Source: a bacterium (GTDB lineage Bacteria; Cyanobacteriota; Vampirovibrionia; Obscuribacterales; Obscuribacteraceae). From it: 64,000 nt of DNA. The notes under the pieces were generated by a model, which made no database searches, was not told where the DNA came from, and was given only the letters and a program-made list of their open reading frames with translations. The position numbers were made by a program, and so were the translations under genes. Position 1 is the stretch's first letter. Every line of letters starts with the position of its first letter. The stretch lies in contig JAGOSY010000024.1 in assembly GCA_018062085.1 (NCBI GenBank), positions 13,421-77,420 on the forward strand, read 5' to 3'. This document shows positions 1 through 8,979 of the stretch, one piece after another.

Positions 1-501
1 TTTGGCACTGGCGAGAATTGCTTCATCAGCCGGTATGCCAATTACATCTTCGATTTCGGCGCGAATGCGCTCGGGCTCAGCACTAGGTAGATCAATTTTG
101 TTAATAACTACGACGATTTCAAGATTATTCTCTGAGGCTAAGTGAACGTTGGCTAAGGTCTGGGCTTCTACCCCTTGAGTAGCATCGACAATGAGCAGGG
201 CTCCCTCACAGGCGGCCAAACTACGTGACACTTCATAGCCAAAGTCAACGTGGCCAGGTGTATCAATTAAATTGAGAACATAAGTTTGGCCATCATCGGC
301 AATGTAATCCATACGGGCTGCCTGGGCCTTAATTGTGATACCGCGCTCACGTTCGATATCCATCGAGTCAAGCACTTGGGCCTGCATATGTCTCTTGGCG
401 ATGGTATTGGTCATCTCCAACAAACGATCGGCCAATGTAGACTTGCCGTGGTCAATATGGGCAATGATGGAGAAGTTTCTGATTAACGTGGGGTCGGTCA
501 C
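1..501 (-). CDS. lepA: Elongation factor 4 (LepA), N-terminal GTPase portion; the 3' end lies outside the window
   Basis: My own minus-strand translation from GTG at 501 reads [66 protein letters not shown]...[10 protein letters not shown]...[15 protein letters not shown]. It carries G1 (AHIDHGKST), G3 (DTPGH) and G4 (NKID) motifs and LepA-typical strings. It is absent from the ORF track because it runs off the window edge. Confidence 0.9.
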   Translation of the reverse strand, partial: MTDPTLIRNFSIIAHIDHGKSTLADRLLEMTNTIAKRHMQAQVLDSMDIERERGITIKAQAARMDYIADDGQTYVLNLIDTPGHVDFGYEVSRSLAACEGALLIVDATQGVEAQTLANVHLASENNLEIVVVINKIDLPSAEPERIRAEIEDVIGIPADEAILASAK

Positions 502-665
502 TGAGAACCCTTTAATGACGAGGACAACCAACTGCGAAGTCGAAAGACGGACTAGTGCAGCTATGAGAAGGTATATTAGCAGGAAGACCAAGCGAGATCG
601 CTAATAGTAACAACTACACTTACACCTACACTCAAACTTACCGCGCAGGCGCCTAAATCTAGCAA

Positions 666-2618
666 ATGTCAAACTCATCTAACTCTTTCTTAGAAACCTT
701 AAAACAAAGGCCATTATTGGCGGACGGGGGCATTGGCACCCTCCTGTACTCAAGGGGCGCTTCAACTGAGGCCTGTTTCGAGCATCTCAATTTGACCAAG
801 CAAGAAACTATTCAGCAACTTCACGTTGATTACATCAACGCCGGAGCTGAAATTATTGAAACAAATTCTTTTTCTGGTAACAGAATTAAACTTGCCAATA
901 GTGGTCTGGAAAATGATGTCTGGAAAATCAATGTTTGGGCCGCAAAAATTGCCCGGAACGCCCGTGAAATAGCTGGTCAGCCGACCTACGTCGCTGGATC
1001 TGTCGGCCCCACTGGCAAACTCTTACCCCCACTTGGCGATACCGCCCTAGACGAACTTGATTATGCCTTCAAAGAGCAAATGGAAGCCCTCCTTGCCGGC
1101 GGCGTCGATCTTTTCATGATTGAGACAATGTCGAGCCTAGAGGAAACAGCAATTGCCGTACGCGCCGCTCGTAGTCTTTCCAAACTACCGGTAGTGGCGC
1201 AGCTTTCATTTTCAGTAGAGGGACACACGCTACTTGGAGCAACGCCAGAAGATGTCGCTCGCCTAATTCGTGATTTAGGTGACGACGCCCCTGATGTCAT
1301 TGGTATCAATTGCGGTGCGGGCCCTGGACCAGTTTTCGATTCACTAATTCGCCTTACAGCAGCAATTCGCACACTCAAGCTCGATGCGGGAAAACTTACT
1401 TTTTCATGCTTACCGAATGCCGGTCAACCCAGCCTGATCGGCGGTCGCCCCGTCTTCATGAGCAAACCGCACTACTGTGCCTCATACATTGAGCCCTATC
1501 TCAGAGCTGGAGCAAGAATCGTCGGCGGCTGCTGCGGTACAACACCAGAGCACATCAAAGAAATGAGAAAAAGCCTTGATGCCTACTTGGCCAAGGCCAC
1601 CCAATCACATATTGAGATTAGCGCGGGCTCTAGCATCCCAGAAACTGTACTTTTTCATCCTGACTCACTCGATTTGTCAGACGACAAACCAAAAGAATGC
1701 CTCTCACTAAAGACCCATCTAAAAAATCTAAAGGCCGGAAACCGCAAACAAGACTTTTATGTTTCTGTTGAACTTGACCCACCGAAAGGTGCGGGCACCA
1801 AGAAAATTCTGGCAGCAGCAGATTTGCTTTTCAAAGCCGGTGCCGATGCCATAAATGTTGGCGACAGCCCAATGGCTAGAGTGCGGATGTCTTCTTTAGC
1901 TACCTGCCAGTTGATAAGTCAAAAGGTGGGAGTCGATACAATTATCCACTTCACCACCCGCGATCGTAATTTGATGGGTATGCAAGCCGATCTATTGGGC
2001 TGTCAGGCCTTGGGATTGCAAAACATTCTAGCACTCACTGGAGACCCACCAGCTTTAGGTAATTACGCCCATGCCACAGCTGTCTACGACGTCGACTCAA
2101 TTGGCTTAATTCGCATAATTTCGCAACTGAATGCGGGCCAAGACATCGCTGGCAATACCATAGGAACTCCACTAAATCTTTCTATCGGCTGCGCCCTCAA
2201 CCCCACAGCACAGAACCGTGCTATGGAGCTTGAGCGCCTTCGTAAAAAAATCGAAGCTGGTGCGCACTTTGTCATGACACAACCAATCTATCAAGTTAGT
2301 GACCTCACCGATTTCTTAGAACAATTCGGCGATCTCCCCTTACCGCTATTGGTCGGCATTATGCCCTTGCATTCAAGCAAGCATGCCGAGTATCTGCACA
2401 ATGAAGTGCCCGGTATTTCTATACCAGAAAAGGTTAGGAAGCAAATGGCCGATGCCGGTGAAGCTGGCTCGCAAAAAGGTTTAGAGCTGGCCGAAGAACT
2501 GTTAGCAGAAGTACGCAACCTTTGCCAAGGCACCTATCTCGTGCCCTCTTTTGGTCGCTATGACGACATGGCTGCGTTAGTCAAAAGGCTTAAGTCCAAC
2601 GGCTCTAAAACCCAGTAA
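666..2618 (+). CDS. Bifunctional homocysteine S-methyltransferase / 5,10-methylenetetrahydrofolate reductase (YitJ-type fusion)
   Basis: The N-terminal half has the Hcy-methyltransferase zinc-ligand strings GINCGAGPG and VGGCCGTTPEHI. The C-terminal half is MetF-like (FYVSVELDPPKG...HFTTRDRN...ILALTGDPP...HFVMTQPIY). ATG at 666. Confidence 0.9.
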   Translation: MSNSSNSFLETLKQRPLLADGGIGTLLYSRGASTEACFEHLNLTKQETIQQLHVDYINAGAEIIETNSFSGNRIKLANSGLENDVWKINVWAAKIARNAREIAGQPTYVAGSVGPTGKLLPPLGDTALDELDYAFKEQMEALLAGGVDLFMIETMSSLEETAIAVRAARSLSKLPVVAQLSFSVEGHTLLGATPEDVARLIRDLGDDAPDVIGINCGAGPGPVFDSLIRLTAAIRTLKLDAGKLTFSCLPNAGQPSLIGGRPVFMSKPHYCASYIEPYLRAGARIVGGCCGTTPEHIKEMRKSLDAYLAKATQSHIEISAGSSIPETVLFHPDSLDLSDDKPKECLSLKTHLKNLKAGNRKQDFYVSVELDPPKGAGTKKILAAADLLFKAGADAINVGDSPMARVRMSSLATCQLISQKVGVDTIIHFTTRDRNLMGMQADLLGCQALGLQNILALTGDPPALGNYAHATAVYDVDSIGLIRIISQLNAGQDIAGNTIGTPLNLSIGCALNPTAQNRAMELERLRKKIEAGAHFVMTQPIYQVSDLTDFLEQFGDLPLPLLVGIMPLHSSKHAEYLHNEVPGISIPEKVRKQMADAGEAGSQKGLELAEELLAEVRNLCQGTYLVPSFGRYDDMAALVKRLKSNGSKTQ

Positions 2619-2634
2619 TTTAGCCAAAAGAGTT

Positions 2635-3453
2635 TCAGCCAATAACAAACTGGCAACGGACGGCGCGCACATGATTTTCCATTTCTTGAGCTTGAGCCAA
2701 TCGATTGGTTTTGCGCAGTAGCTTAGCGTACTGTTCTTCCACATCGGCAAAGCGAGGGTGATCTTTGCTATAAACTTTTTGCCTAATTGCCAAAGCGCGC
2801 TTAAAAAGTGGCTCAGACAATTCAAAGCGAGTCTGAAAATAATATAGTCGAGCTAAATTTTTTAGTGATGTCGAAACTAAAGGATGCTCTCCGCCAAGGG
2901 ATTTCTCCCGAATTTGCAGTGCCTCAAGTAAGATTGGCTCCATTTCGCGATAGAGGCGGCGGCGACAATAATGATCGGCCAACTTAGTTAGCAAATCGGC
3001 TACATGGGGATGATCTTTACCCATCATTTGCCGAACCGAAGCCACTTCTAACTCAGCTTCCTTTTCATGCTCATCTGGAAAACCAGTGGGCCACCCCAAG
3101 GCCATAGACTGAGGAATAGCATCCAGAGAAGTTGAAGAATCAGTCATTGACTGTTTCCAGTCGCTAACAGGCCGTGGATAAATGGCAGATGGAATACTCT
3201 TCTTCCTCACAGTCATGACTTTCTCAAGACACTTCTTTGTATCCGCTACTTCCGCGCGATAAGGCCCGAGCGTTCTCTCCATAATTTCAAGAGCCCTTCT
3301 ATAGAGGGCTTCAGCATTTTCCAGCATACCTTTATTGAAATATAAATCAGCCAGTTTCGAAACTGTGGCCGCTACCTCTGGGCTATCCTGACCCAAGGCT
3401 TGCTCCTGAATAGTAAGGAATTTCTCTAGTTCAGGAATGGTTTCGCACTTCAT
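2635..3453 (-). CDS. TPR repeat protein (TPR_12 / kinesin-light-chain-like repeats)
   Basis: 272-aa ORF with repeated A-x-x-L-Y-x-R-A-L-x-I-x-E-K helical-pair units (AEALYRRALEIMERTLGP, EPILLEALQIREKSLGGEHP, EPLFKRALAIRQKVYSKDHP). Confidence 0.7.
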   Translation of the reverse strand: MKCETIPELEKFLTIQEQALGQDSPEVAATVSKLADLYFNKGMLENAEALYRRALEIMERTLGPYRAEVADTKKCLEKVMTVRKKSIPSAIYPRPVSDWKQSMTDSSTSLDAIPQSMALGWPTGFPDEHEKEAELEVASVRQMMGKDHPHVADLLTKLADHYCRRRLYREMEPILLEALQIREKSLGGEHPLVSTSLKNLARLYYFQTRFELSEPLFKRALAIRQKVYSKDHPRFADVEEQYAKLLRKTNRLAQAQEMENHVRAVRCQFVIG

Positions 3454-3808
3454 AAGGGCCTCAATAAAAAGGAATCCACGAATATCGGCTCTTCATAGCA
3501 GAGTCAAAACGGTTCAATATTGCCGGGAAACCAAGAAGGCAAATTACTAAATAGAGTGGTTTCCCGGAAAGCTATAGAATTTTAGCTCTCGTCTATATTC
3601 TTACCCAGATAAAGAAGCCGCAGATAGAGCCTTACCCTATAACTTTGTACGGGATTCGTATAGAGCACGCGAACCTATAGGTTAGCCATAACAACAATAC
3701 GGTCGAACCTATACCCAGCCCCTTGGTCACTGGGATAGCATCAATATAGGTGTAAGGTCGGCGATATTAACAGCTAGGTTGAGAAGCTGAATACGGGGTT
3801 AGTGTTGG

Positions 3809-5326
3809 ATGGGATCCTTTAAAGATAGGATAATTCGACTGTTGAAAAACATAGTCGAAGATGCCGAACGAGAGAAAGAAACCGAGGCGCAAAAGGCCCT
3901 CGCTCGCCAGGCATCAAACCCAGCTAGTAACGGCGCTGAAGTGAAAAGTGAGACACTGCCAGAGCCTGAAGACAAAAACAATACTGCTTCCGATACCATT
4001 CACAATTTATTGCATCAAGGCAAAGACAGCCTATCAACTCGCTTCCTCTCAGCCGGGCAGCCTGAAATAGTGGCGTTGCCTCCTTCGACTTTAAGCCGTG
4101 ACGCCGCAAACCTGGTCGACCCATCGTTTGCACGTTCACAACTCGATTCATCTTGGCACCACCTAGATTCCATCAAAGCAGAAGTGGACAAAAACGAAGC
4201 GGCAAAAGCTAGGTCGAAAAAAAACGAGAGCAAACGCAGCAAAGAATTTGATTTCACAGACCCCTCTAAGTCAGAGGGTCAAACACGTCTCTACAGCGGT
4301 TATTCAGAGGAAGAACCGACCCTACTGGCAGCTCAATGGCAATGCACTCCCGACGATACACTAATAGGAAGCAATTCATCGCCGACAGAAGAATCTTTCA
4401 ACCGCGCCGCCGAAAACGTCTCTACCTCCCCCTCTACACTAGCCTGGCTATCCTCTCTTGTCTCACCAGAAGTGCGGGCTTCAGTGGCCGCAAACCTGCA
4501 GACGCCACCTGAAACCTTACGAAAACTGGCAAACGATGTCGATAATACAGTTCGTCTTTCGGTAGCAACTAACCCCAATACTCCCTCTGACGTACTAAGA
4601 AATCTCACCCGTGACGTCAGTAAACTGACAGCTTCAGAAGCGCAATCGGCATTGTGTGCCAGGGGCGATGTGGTCGAAGCCGAGCGCAAGAGCCAAAATT
4701 TACTCACCAACAATCGCTTCAACCCGACCTCCAATCACCTTATTGCTTCTTACACATGCCTTGACGCAGTCATGCCAGACGGCATCAATGATGGCAGTAA
4801 AGCTGATAGCGAGTGGCAATCACTAAACAGTGATGGTGCTCAAAAAGCCTACAAGCAACAAAAAGACACAGTCAAAGACCTCAAATTCAACCCTAGTATC
4901 TCCAACCCCAACGGCCCCCGGGACACAGCCAAAGAACTGACGCCGCACTCAGCTTTCGACAGTCCACCTGAAAACGCCTCCCCCCAAGAAAAAATTGCCT
5001 TCCTCAAAATGATTGCTACTCGTCTAAGCACCCCACCCTCAAAACTGGCCGAGCTAGCTCAAAGCGAAAGCATCGAAATTCGAGCAGCAGTAGCAGAGAA
5101 TATCAATACACCAGCCGAAGCTTTTACCCTGCTAGCAAAAGACAGTCAGGCGCAAGTCAAATTAAGAGTAATCGACAACAGCAATTGCCCCAACCATGTA
5201 CTGGAATTGCTTAAAGACGACCAAGACCCATATGTTGGCTATGAAGCCAAAAATCAACTCAAGCGCATTCAAAATTCACTGGCGCAGGAACGGTCAGGCA
5301 GCTATAGAACCGAAGGTTTACTGTAA
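3809..5326 (+). CDS. Repeat protein with leucine-rich-repeat-variant (LRV) / HEAT-like units
   Basis: 505-aa ORF. It has a low-complexity acidic/Ser-rich N-terminal half, then repeats of the form VAxNxxTPxxxLxxLaxD (VAANLQTPPETLRKLANDVDNTVRLSVATNPNTPSDVLRNL; AVAENINTPAEAFTLLAKDSQAQVKLRVIDNSNCPNHVLELLKDD). Confidence 0.6.
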   Translation: MGSFKDRIIRLLKNIVEDAEREKETEAQKALARQASNPASNGAEVKSETLPEPEDKNNTASDTIHNLLHQGKDSLSTRFLSAGQPEIVALPPSTLSRDAANLVDPSFARSQLDSSWHHLDSIKAEVDKNEAAKARSKKNESKRSKEFDFTDPSKSEGQTRLYSGYSEEEPTLLAAQWQCTPDDTLIGSNSSPTEESFNRAAENVSTSPSTLAWLSSLVSPEVRASVAANLQTPPETLRKLANDVDNTVRLSVATNPNTPSDVLRNLTRDVSKLTASEAQSALCARGDVVEAERKSQNLLTNNRFNPTSNHLIASYTCLDAVMPDGINDGSKADSEWQSLNSDGAQKAYKQQKDTVKDLKFNPSISNPNGPRDTAKELTPHSAFDSPPENASPQEKIAFLKMIATRLSTPPSKLAELAQSESIEIRAAVAENINTPAEAFTLLAKDSQAQVKLRVIDNSNCPNHVLELLKDDQDPYVGYEAKNQLKRIQNSLAQERSGSYRTEGLL

Positions 5327-5360
5327 ACAAAACCAATATCATCCACTGTTCTATTAACAG

Positions 5361-5392
5361 AAAAAAGTAGTTTCCATGGAAACTACTTTTTT
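5361..5392. terminator. Bidirectional rho-independent terminator between convergent genes
   Basis: A perfect 20-nt palindrome, gtagtttcca/tggaaactac (5367-5386), is flanked by A6 on the left and T6 on the right. It lies between the stop of the 3809..5326 gene (+) and the stop of patA (-). Confidence 0.8.
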
Positions 5393-5456
5393 CTCGTTAA
5401 TGAATAACCAACTAAATTTGAATTGGTCGTTAATTCAAGCTCAACTTACGCTCAAT

Positions 5457-6812
5457 TTACTTTAGAGCCACTTCCAATTTTGATACTACCGCTAGCGACT
5501 CTTCGAGAGCCTTGATGAACATATCGATCTGCTCATATGAGATCACCAGTGGCGGCTCAACTCTCAAGACTCGCGAATTGATATAAGTACCAGAAATGAG
5601 AATATTGCGACTGAACAGTTCTTTGGCCACGGCATAACCAGTATCGTTACCGGTAAATTCCATACCCAACATCAAACCAACACCGCGAATCTTCGAGAGC
5701 ACATCAGGGAATTTCTTAGCAAGCTGTGTCACTTTCTCGATTATGTAATCGCCTTTCTCCTTGGCTTGCTTCGGTAAGTCCTCGTCAAGCAATATTGAAA
5801 TTGTCGCGATGGCGGCTGCGCAGGCCAGTGGGTTGCCACCAAAAGTAGTGGTATGCAAGAAAGGATTCTCGACATACTTCGCCCAAACTTTCTCATTACC
5901 AACAACAGCGCCAATTGGCATAACACCGCCGCCGAAGGCCTTTCCTAGAGCCATTAGGTCAGGCACAACACCTTCATAATCGCAGTAGAACATTTTGCCA
6001 GTACGACCCATGCCGCTTTGCACTTCATCAAAAACAAGCATCGCGCCATATTTGTCGCAGAGTTCGCGGGCGGCGGCCAAATAACCGGGAGGGGCAACGT
6101 TTATGCCGCCTTCGCCCTGAATTGGTTCGACCACAAAAGCAGCCACTCTATCGCCACTAAAGTCAGCGCAGCTAAGTGTTGTCTCTAAGGCTTTAATATC
6201 ACCAAATGGAATATGGCTCCAGTTCAAGAGCGGCATAAACGGTTCGCGGAACATGGCTTTAGATGTACCACCAAGTGCACCAAGAGTTTTACCGTGAAAA
6301 GCGCCAACGGTTCCCACGAAGTGCTTGCGTCCAGTGGCCAGCATAGCCATTTTCATACAACCTTCTACAGATTCAGTACCTGAATTGGAGAAGAATGAAT
6401 AATTGAGATCACCTGGTGTAATCAACGAAACTAAATAAGCCAAATAAGTTCTGAGCGGATCAATTAGTTCCTGCGAGTGAATCGCTTGGCGCTCTAACTG
6501 TTCGGTTACAGCCTTCAAGACCCTAGGGTGACGGTGACCAACGTTATAAACGCCATAACCACCCAACATGTCGATGAATTCTTTACCGTTGATATCACGG
6601 AAGACAGCACCATTATCTTCCCACTCAACAGCTGTATAGTCTGTGCTGACTGATTTTCGATACTTCAAGAAGCCAGCATTGACGTGATCGGTCCAATAAC
6701 GAACAGAATCGGCAATAACTTTATCGCGCTCCTCTTGGGTGAGCTTTTTCTTTCCGATAAGCTCCAGTACCTCCCTGGATTTTGCCTGAGCTGTCTCCAG
6801 ATCTTGAGCCAT
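5457..6812 (-). CDS. patA: Putrescine aminotransferase-like class-III PLP aminotransferase
   Basis: Collinear by eye with E. coli PatA/YgjG: HVNAGFLKYRKSV, EFIDMLGGYGVYNVGHRHP, HSQELIDPLR, FSNSGTESVE, EPIQGEGG, FDEVQSGMGRTGKMF, the PLP-lysine region LGKAFGGGVMPIGA, and HTTTFGGNPLACAAA. Confidence 0.88.
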   Translation of the reverse strand: MAQDLETAQAKSREVLELIGKKKLTQEERDKVIADSVRYWTDHVNAGFLKYRKSVSTDYTAVEWEDNGAVFRDINGKEFIDMLGGYGVYNVGHRHPRVLKAVTEQLERQAIHSQELIDPLRTYLAYLVSLITPGDLNYSFFSNSGTESVEGCMKMAMLATGRKHFVGTVGAFHGKTLGALGGTSKAMFREPFMPLLNWSHIPFGDIKALETTLSCADFSGDRVAAFVVEPIQGEGGINVAPPGYLAAARELCDKYGAMLVFDEVQSGMGRTGKMFYCDYEGVVPDLMALGKAFGGGVMPIGAVVGNEKVWAKYVENPFLHTTTFGGNPLACAAAIATISILLDEDLPKQAKEKGDYIIEKVTQLAKKFPDVLSKIRGVGLMLGMEFTGNDTGYAVAKELFSRNILISGTYINSRVLRVEPPLVISYEQIDMFIKALEESLAVVSKLEVALK

Positions 6813-6878
6813 TTTTCTTTACTCCCACGTTTTTTAGCAGCCCTTTACAAAAAGGCGCTAGTTTATGACAACTGGGAT

Positions 6879-6907
6879 ATTCTACGCCTGCGCCCGGTTT
6901 AAATCAA
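6879..6907 (-). promoter_or_regulatory. Candidate sigma70-type promoter for patA
   Basis: The minus strand reads TTGATT, a 17-nt spacer, then TAGAAT, about 65 nt upstream of the patA ATG. Consensus match only. Confidence 0.35.
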
Positions 6908-6949
6908 AAAATCAGAGCAAAAACATAGCAACTTCTTCATGACAACAAG

Positions 6950-7492
6950 TTACGGCACAATTCCTCTACTCCACTTAGAAGTTTCGCTGACCAAAAATTT
7001 ATACATTCGTACACAGCTCATCTCCCGACCACCCGGCAAAAGCTGCTTTCCAAGGCCATCAGCCACATAGCCATTGGCCAGGTAAAAGGGCTCAGCGTTC
7101 AAGGCCGCATTGAGATTGAGCCAATCAAGGCCAGACTGACCAGCCAATCGCTCTAATTCAGTTAAGAGCGCCACCCCAATACCCTGCCGCGAGAGCCGAG
7201 GATGAACATAACAGGCGCGAATCTCGCTCAAACGAGGCACGAGAATACCAAAGCCAACAACAGCATTGTCCATTTCGGCCACCCGAACCACTTCGTCTGA
7301 GCGCTGGGGCCTATTAGCGAAGTTCTCAATGCGACTGTCTGTGACATCAGGAGACCAATCGTCTAATATTTCCTCGTCATAATAATCAACCGGTTCGCCA
7401 TGGACCGCGGCAAAATGCACGTCGAGGATGCCCCTGATATCAGTGGCATCACTATCTTCTTCGGCTTCCCGTGCTTTGCGAATAATCAACAT
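6950..7492 (-). CDS. GNAT family N-acetyltransferase
   Basis: 180 aa with the acetyl-CoA binding motif A string VHPRLSRQGIGVALLTELERLA and a C-terminal NAALNAEPFYLANGY segment typical of GNAT folds. Confidence 0.75.
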   Translation of the reverse strand: MLIIRKAREAEEDSDATDIRGILDVHFAAVHGEPVDYYDEEILDDWSPDVTDSRIENFANRPQRSDEVVRVAEMDNAVVGFGILVPRLSEIRACYVHPRLSRQGIGVALLTELERLAGQSGLDWLNLNAALNAEPFYLANGYVADGLGKQLLPGGREMSCVRMYKFLVSETSKWSRGIVP

Positions 7493-7520
7493 AGAGAGGG
7501 ATTATACTTCTTTGAAGCAA

Positions 7521-8327
7521 TCAGTAAGACAGTTTTTGACCGCCCAGACTGCTAGGCGGAGCGTAGCGATCCCTCACCTGTGGGTCATAACCGACTTTAG
7601 GCTTTACTACCTTTGGCTTAAGATTGAGGTCTTCTAAACGAGCAAAAGGCTTGAGAAAACCTATAAGACAGTCAACATTATCAGCATTAACACCGCGATC
7701 GCAGTAAAAGGCACTAAAGAGCTTAGCCCGTCCGGTCAAAGCTGGCGCAGCTGTAATATTAACCAAAGTACCACCATTAGTCAGAGTACAAAGATTAACG
7801 GTCAAATAGTTGGTAGCCGAACTAGTTTGCTGTAGCTCTAACAATAAGTGCCCAGCCTGAGTATCAGCCACGAGAATGTCATAACCATCGAGCTCAGCCA
7901 GCGAAAAACCAACTAGCTCACAGGCCTGCTGAAAATTCTGCGGCAGTTGAATAGAGCGGCGCTCGTATGGCTTCCCAAACTGCCCTACTTGCCAGGCATG
8001 AACGAAGCTGAGAAAGCAGACTAGTACGGCCGCGGCAATAGATCCACATATTACGCTAGAGACAATCCATGAGCTAATTAGGTGCAAATCGGCTGGGGTG
8101 GATGAATGGCCAGTGACAAGAGCCAAGGGGAAAGCCAGGGCAATTGGCACAAAGAAGAGAGTGCTCAAAACCAAGGCTGAGCTTAAGCCAATCAGCAACG
8201 ACTGAAGAAAGAACTGGGCATCATCAAGTTGGCCAATGGCCCCGTCTAAGTCAACAATATTGCGGCTCTTTTCCAAAGCTGAACGTTCTTTCGTATTCCT
8301 AGAATTTGCCATAGGAGAAACATCCAT
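7521..8327 (-). CDS. Hypothetical membrane protein (two predicted TM segments plus a soluble C-terminal domain)
   Basis: 268-aa ORF with hydrophobic stretches LLIGLSSALVLSTLFFVPIALAFPLALV and WIVSSVICGSIAAAVLVCFLSFV. I recognise no family. Confidence 0.5.
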   Translation of the reverse strand: MDVSPMANSRNTKERSALEKSRNIVDLDGAIGQLDDAQFFLQSLLIGLSSALVLSTLFFVPIALAFPLALVTGHSSTPADLHLISSWIVSSVICGSIAAAVLVCFLSFVHAWQVGQFGKPYERRSIQLPQNFQQACELVGFSLAELDGYDILVADTQAGHLLLELQQTSSATNYLTVNLCTLTNGGTLVNITAAPALTGRAKLFSAFYCDRGVNADNVDCLIGFLKPFARLEDLNLKPKVVKPKVGYDPQVRDRYAPPSSLGGQKLSY

Positions 8328-8480
8328 TTATTAGTAAGGGAAGGGAGGGAAAAATAAAGATTAAGCTAGTAAAAATCCAATCGATTAAATAAGTGTAGGG
8401 GGTACTACGTGTCAATCACGTGAAAGTTGGAATTTAAATTTCAACTGCACATTCCAATTGCAAACTCCCATTTAGCTCTT

Positions 8481-8945
8481 CTATTTAACTCGAACGATAG
8501 GAAAGGTATAGGTTTTGACAAACGAAAGCTTACTGTCTTGCAGGGTGCCGGCATTGAAAAAGCTGAGAGTGCCCAAAGGCATCAATACATCGGTTGAAGT
8601 ACTCACCTGCACGAAAGGCGAGGTATGCGGCAAGGCCTTACCAGCAAAATCTTGATATACAATCGGTGCCGACATCTTCGGAGCCGAGAGAAATCCAGAA
8701 GCCTGATAGCTCTTCAAAATGACATTGGCAAGCTTGGTTGCTTCAGCTAAATCTTGCCCTTGAGCAGCATTGCGACAAGCATCGCGACAAGCTCGATCGT
8801 TAGCATAAGCACCAAATATGGCAATGCCTAGGTGCAAACCGAGGGCTACAAACACTGAAGCAAGCAGGCAGCCACAGACGAACTCAACAGCCAGAGAGCC
8901 CTTCGCTCCTCTACGTCTTAATAGTTTTCTCTCGGTGGTTAACAT
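8481..8945 (-). CDS. TadE-like pseudopilin-type protein
   Basis: The N-terminus RRRGAKGSLAVEFVCGCLLASVFVALGL matches the TadE pattern: basic residues, Gly, then Glu at +5, followed by a hydrophobic helix. GAAGGA RBS lies 9 nt upstream of the ATG. Confidence 0.6.
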   Translation of the reverse strand: MLTTERKLLRRRGAKGSLAVEFVCGCLLASVFVALGLHLGIAIFGAYANDRACRDACRNAAQGQDLAEATKLANVILKSYQASGFLSAPKMSAPIVYQDFAGKALPHTSPFVQVSTSTDVLMPLGTLSFFNAGTLQDSKLSFVKTYTFPIVRVK

Positions 8946-8979
8946 AGCGCTGTTCCTTCAATATCTATACTGACAAAAA

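Noticed and set aside
502-665. Possible S-box/SAM riboswitch ahead of the YitJ-like fusion
   Set aside because: I could not find the conserved SAM-I core strings or a terminator or antiterminator. Kept only as a low-interest finding to be settled by an Infernal scan.
7493-7510. TATAAT hexamer 8 nt upstream of the GNAT ATG, suggesting a leaderless mRNA
   Set aside because: There is no acceptable -35 element at 16-18 nt spacing, and the region is the 3' flank of the upstream gene. A single hexamer match is expected by chance.
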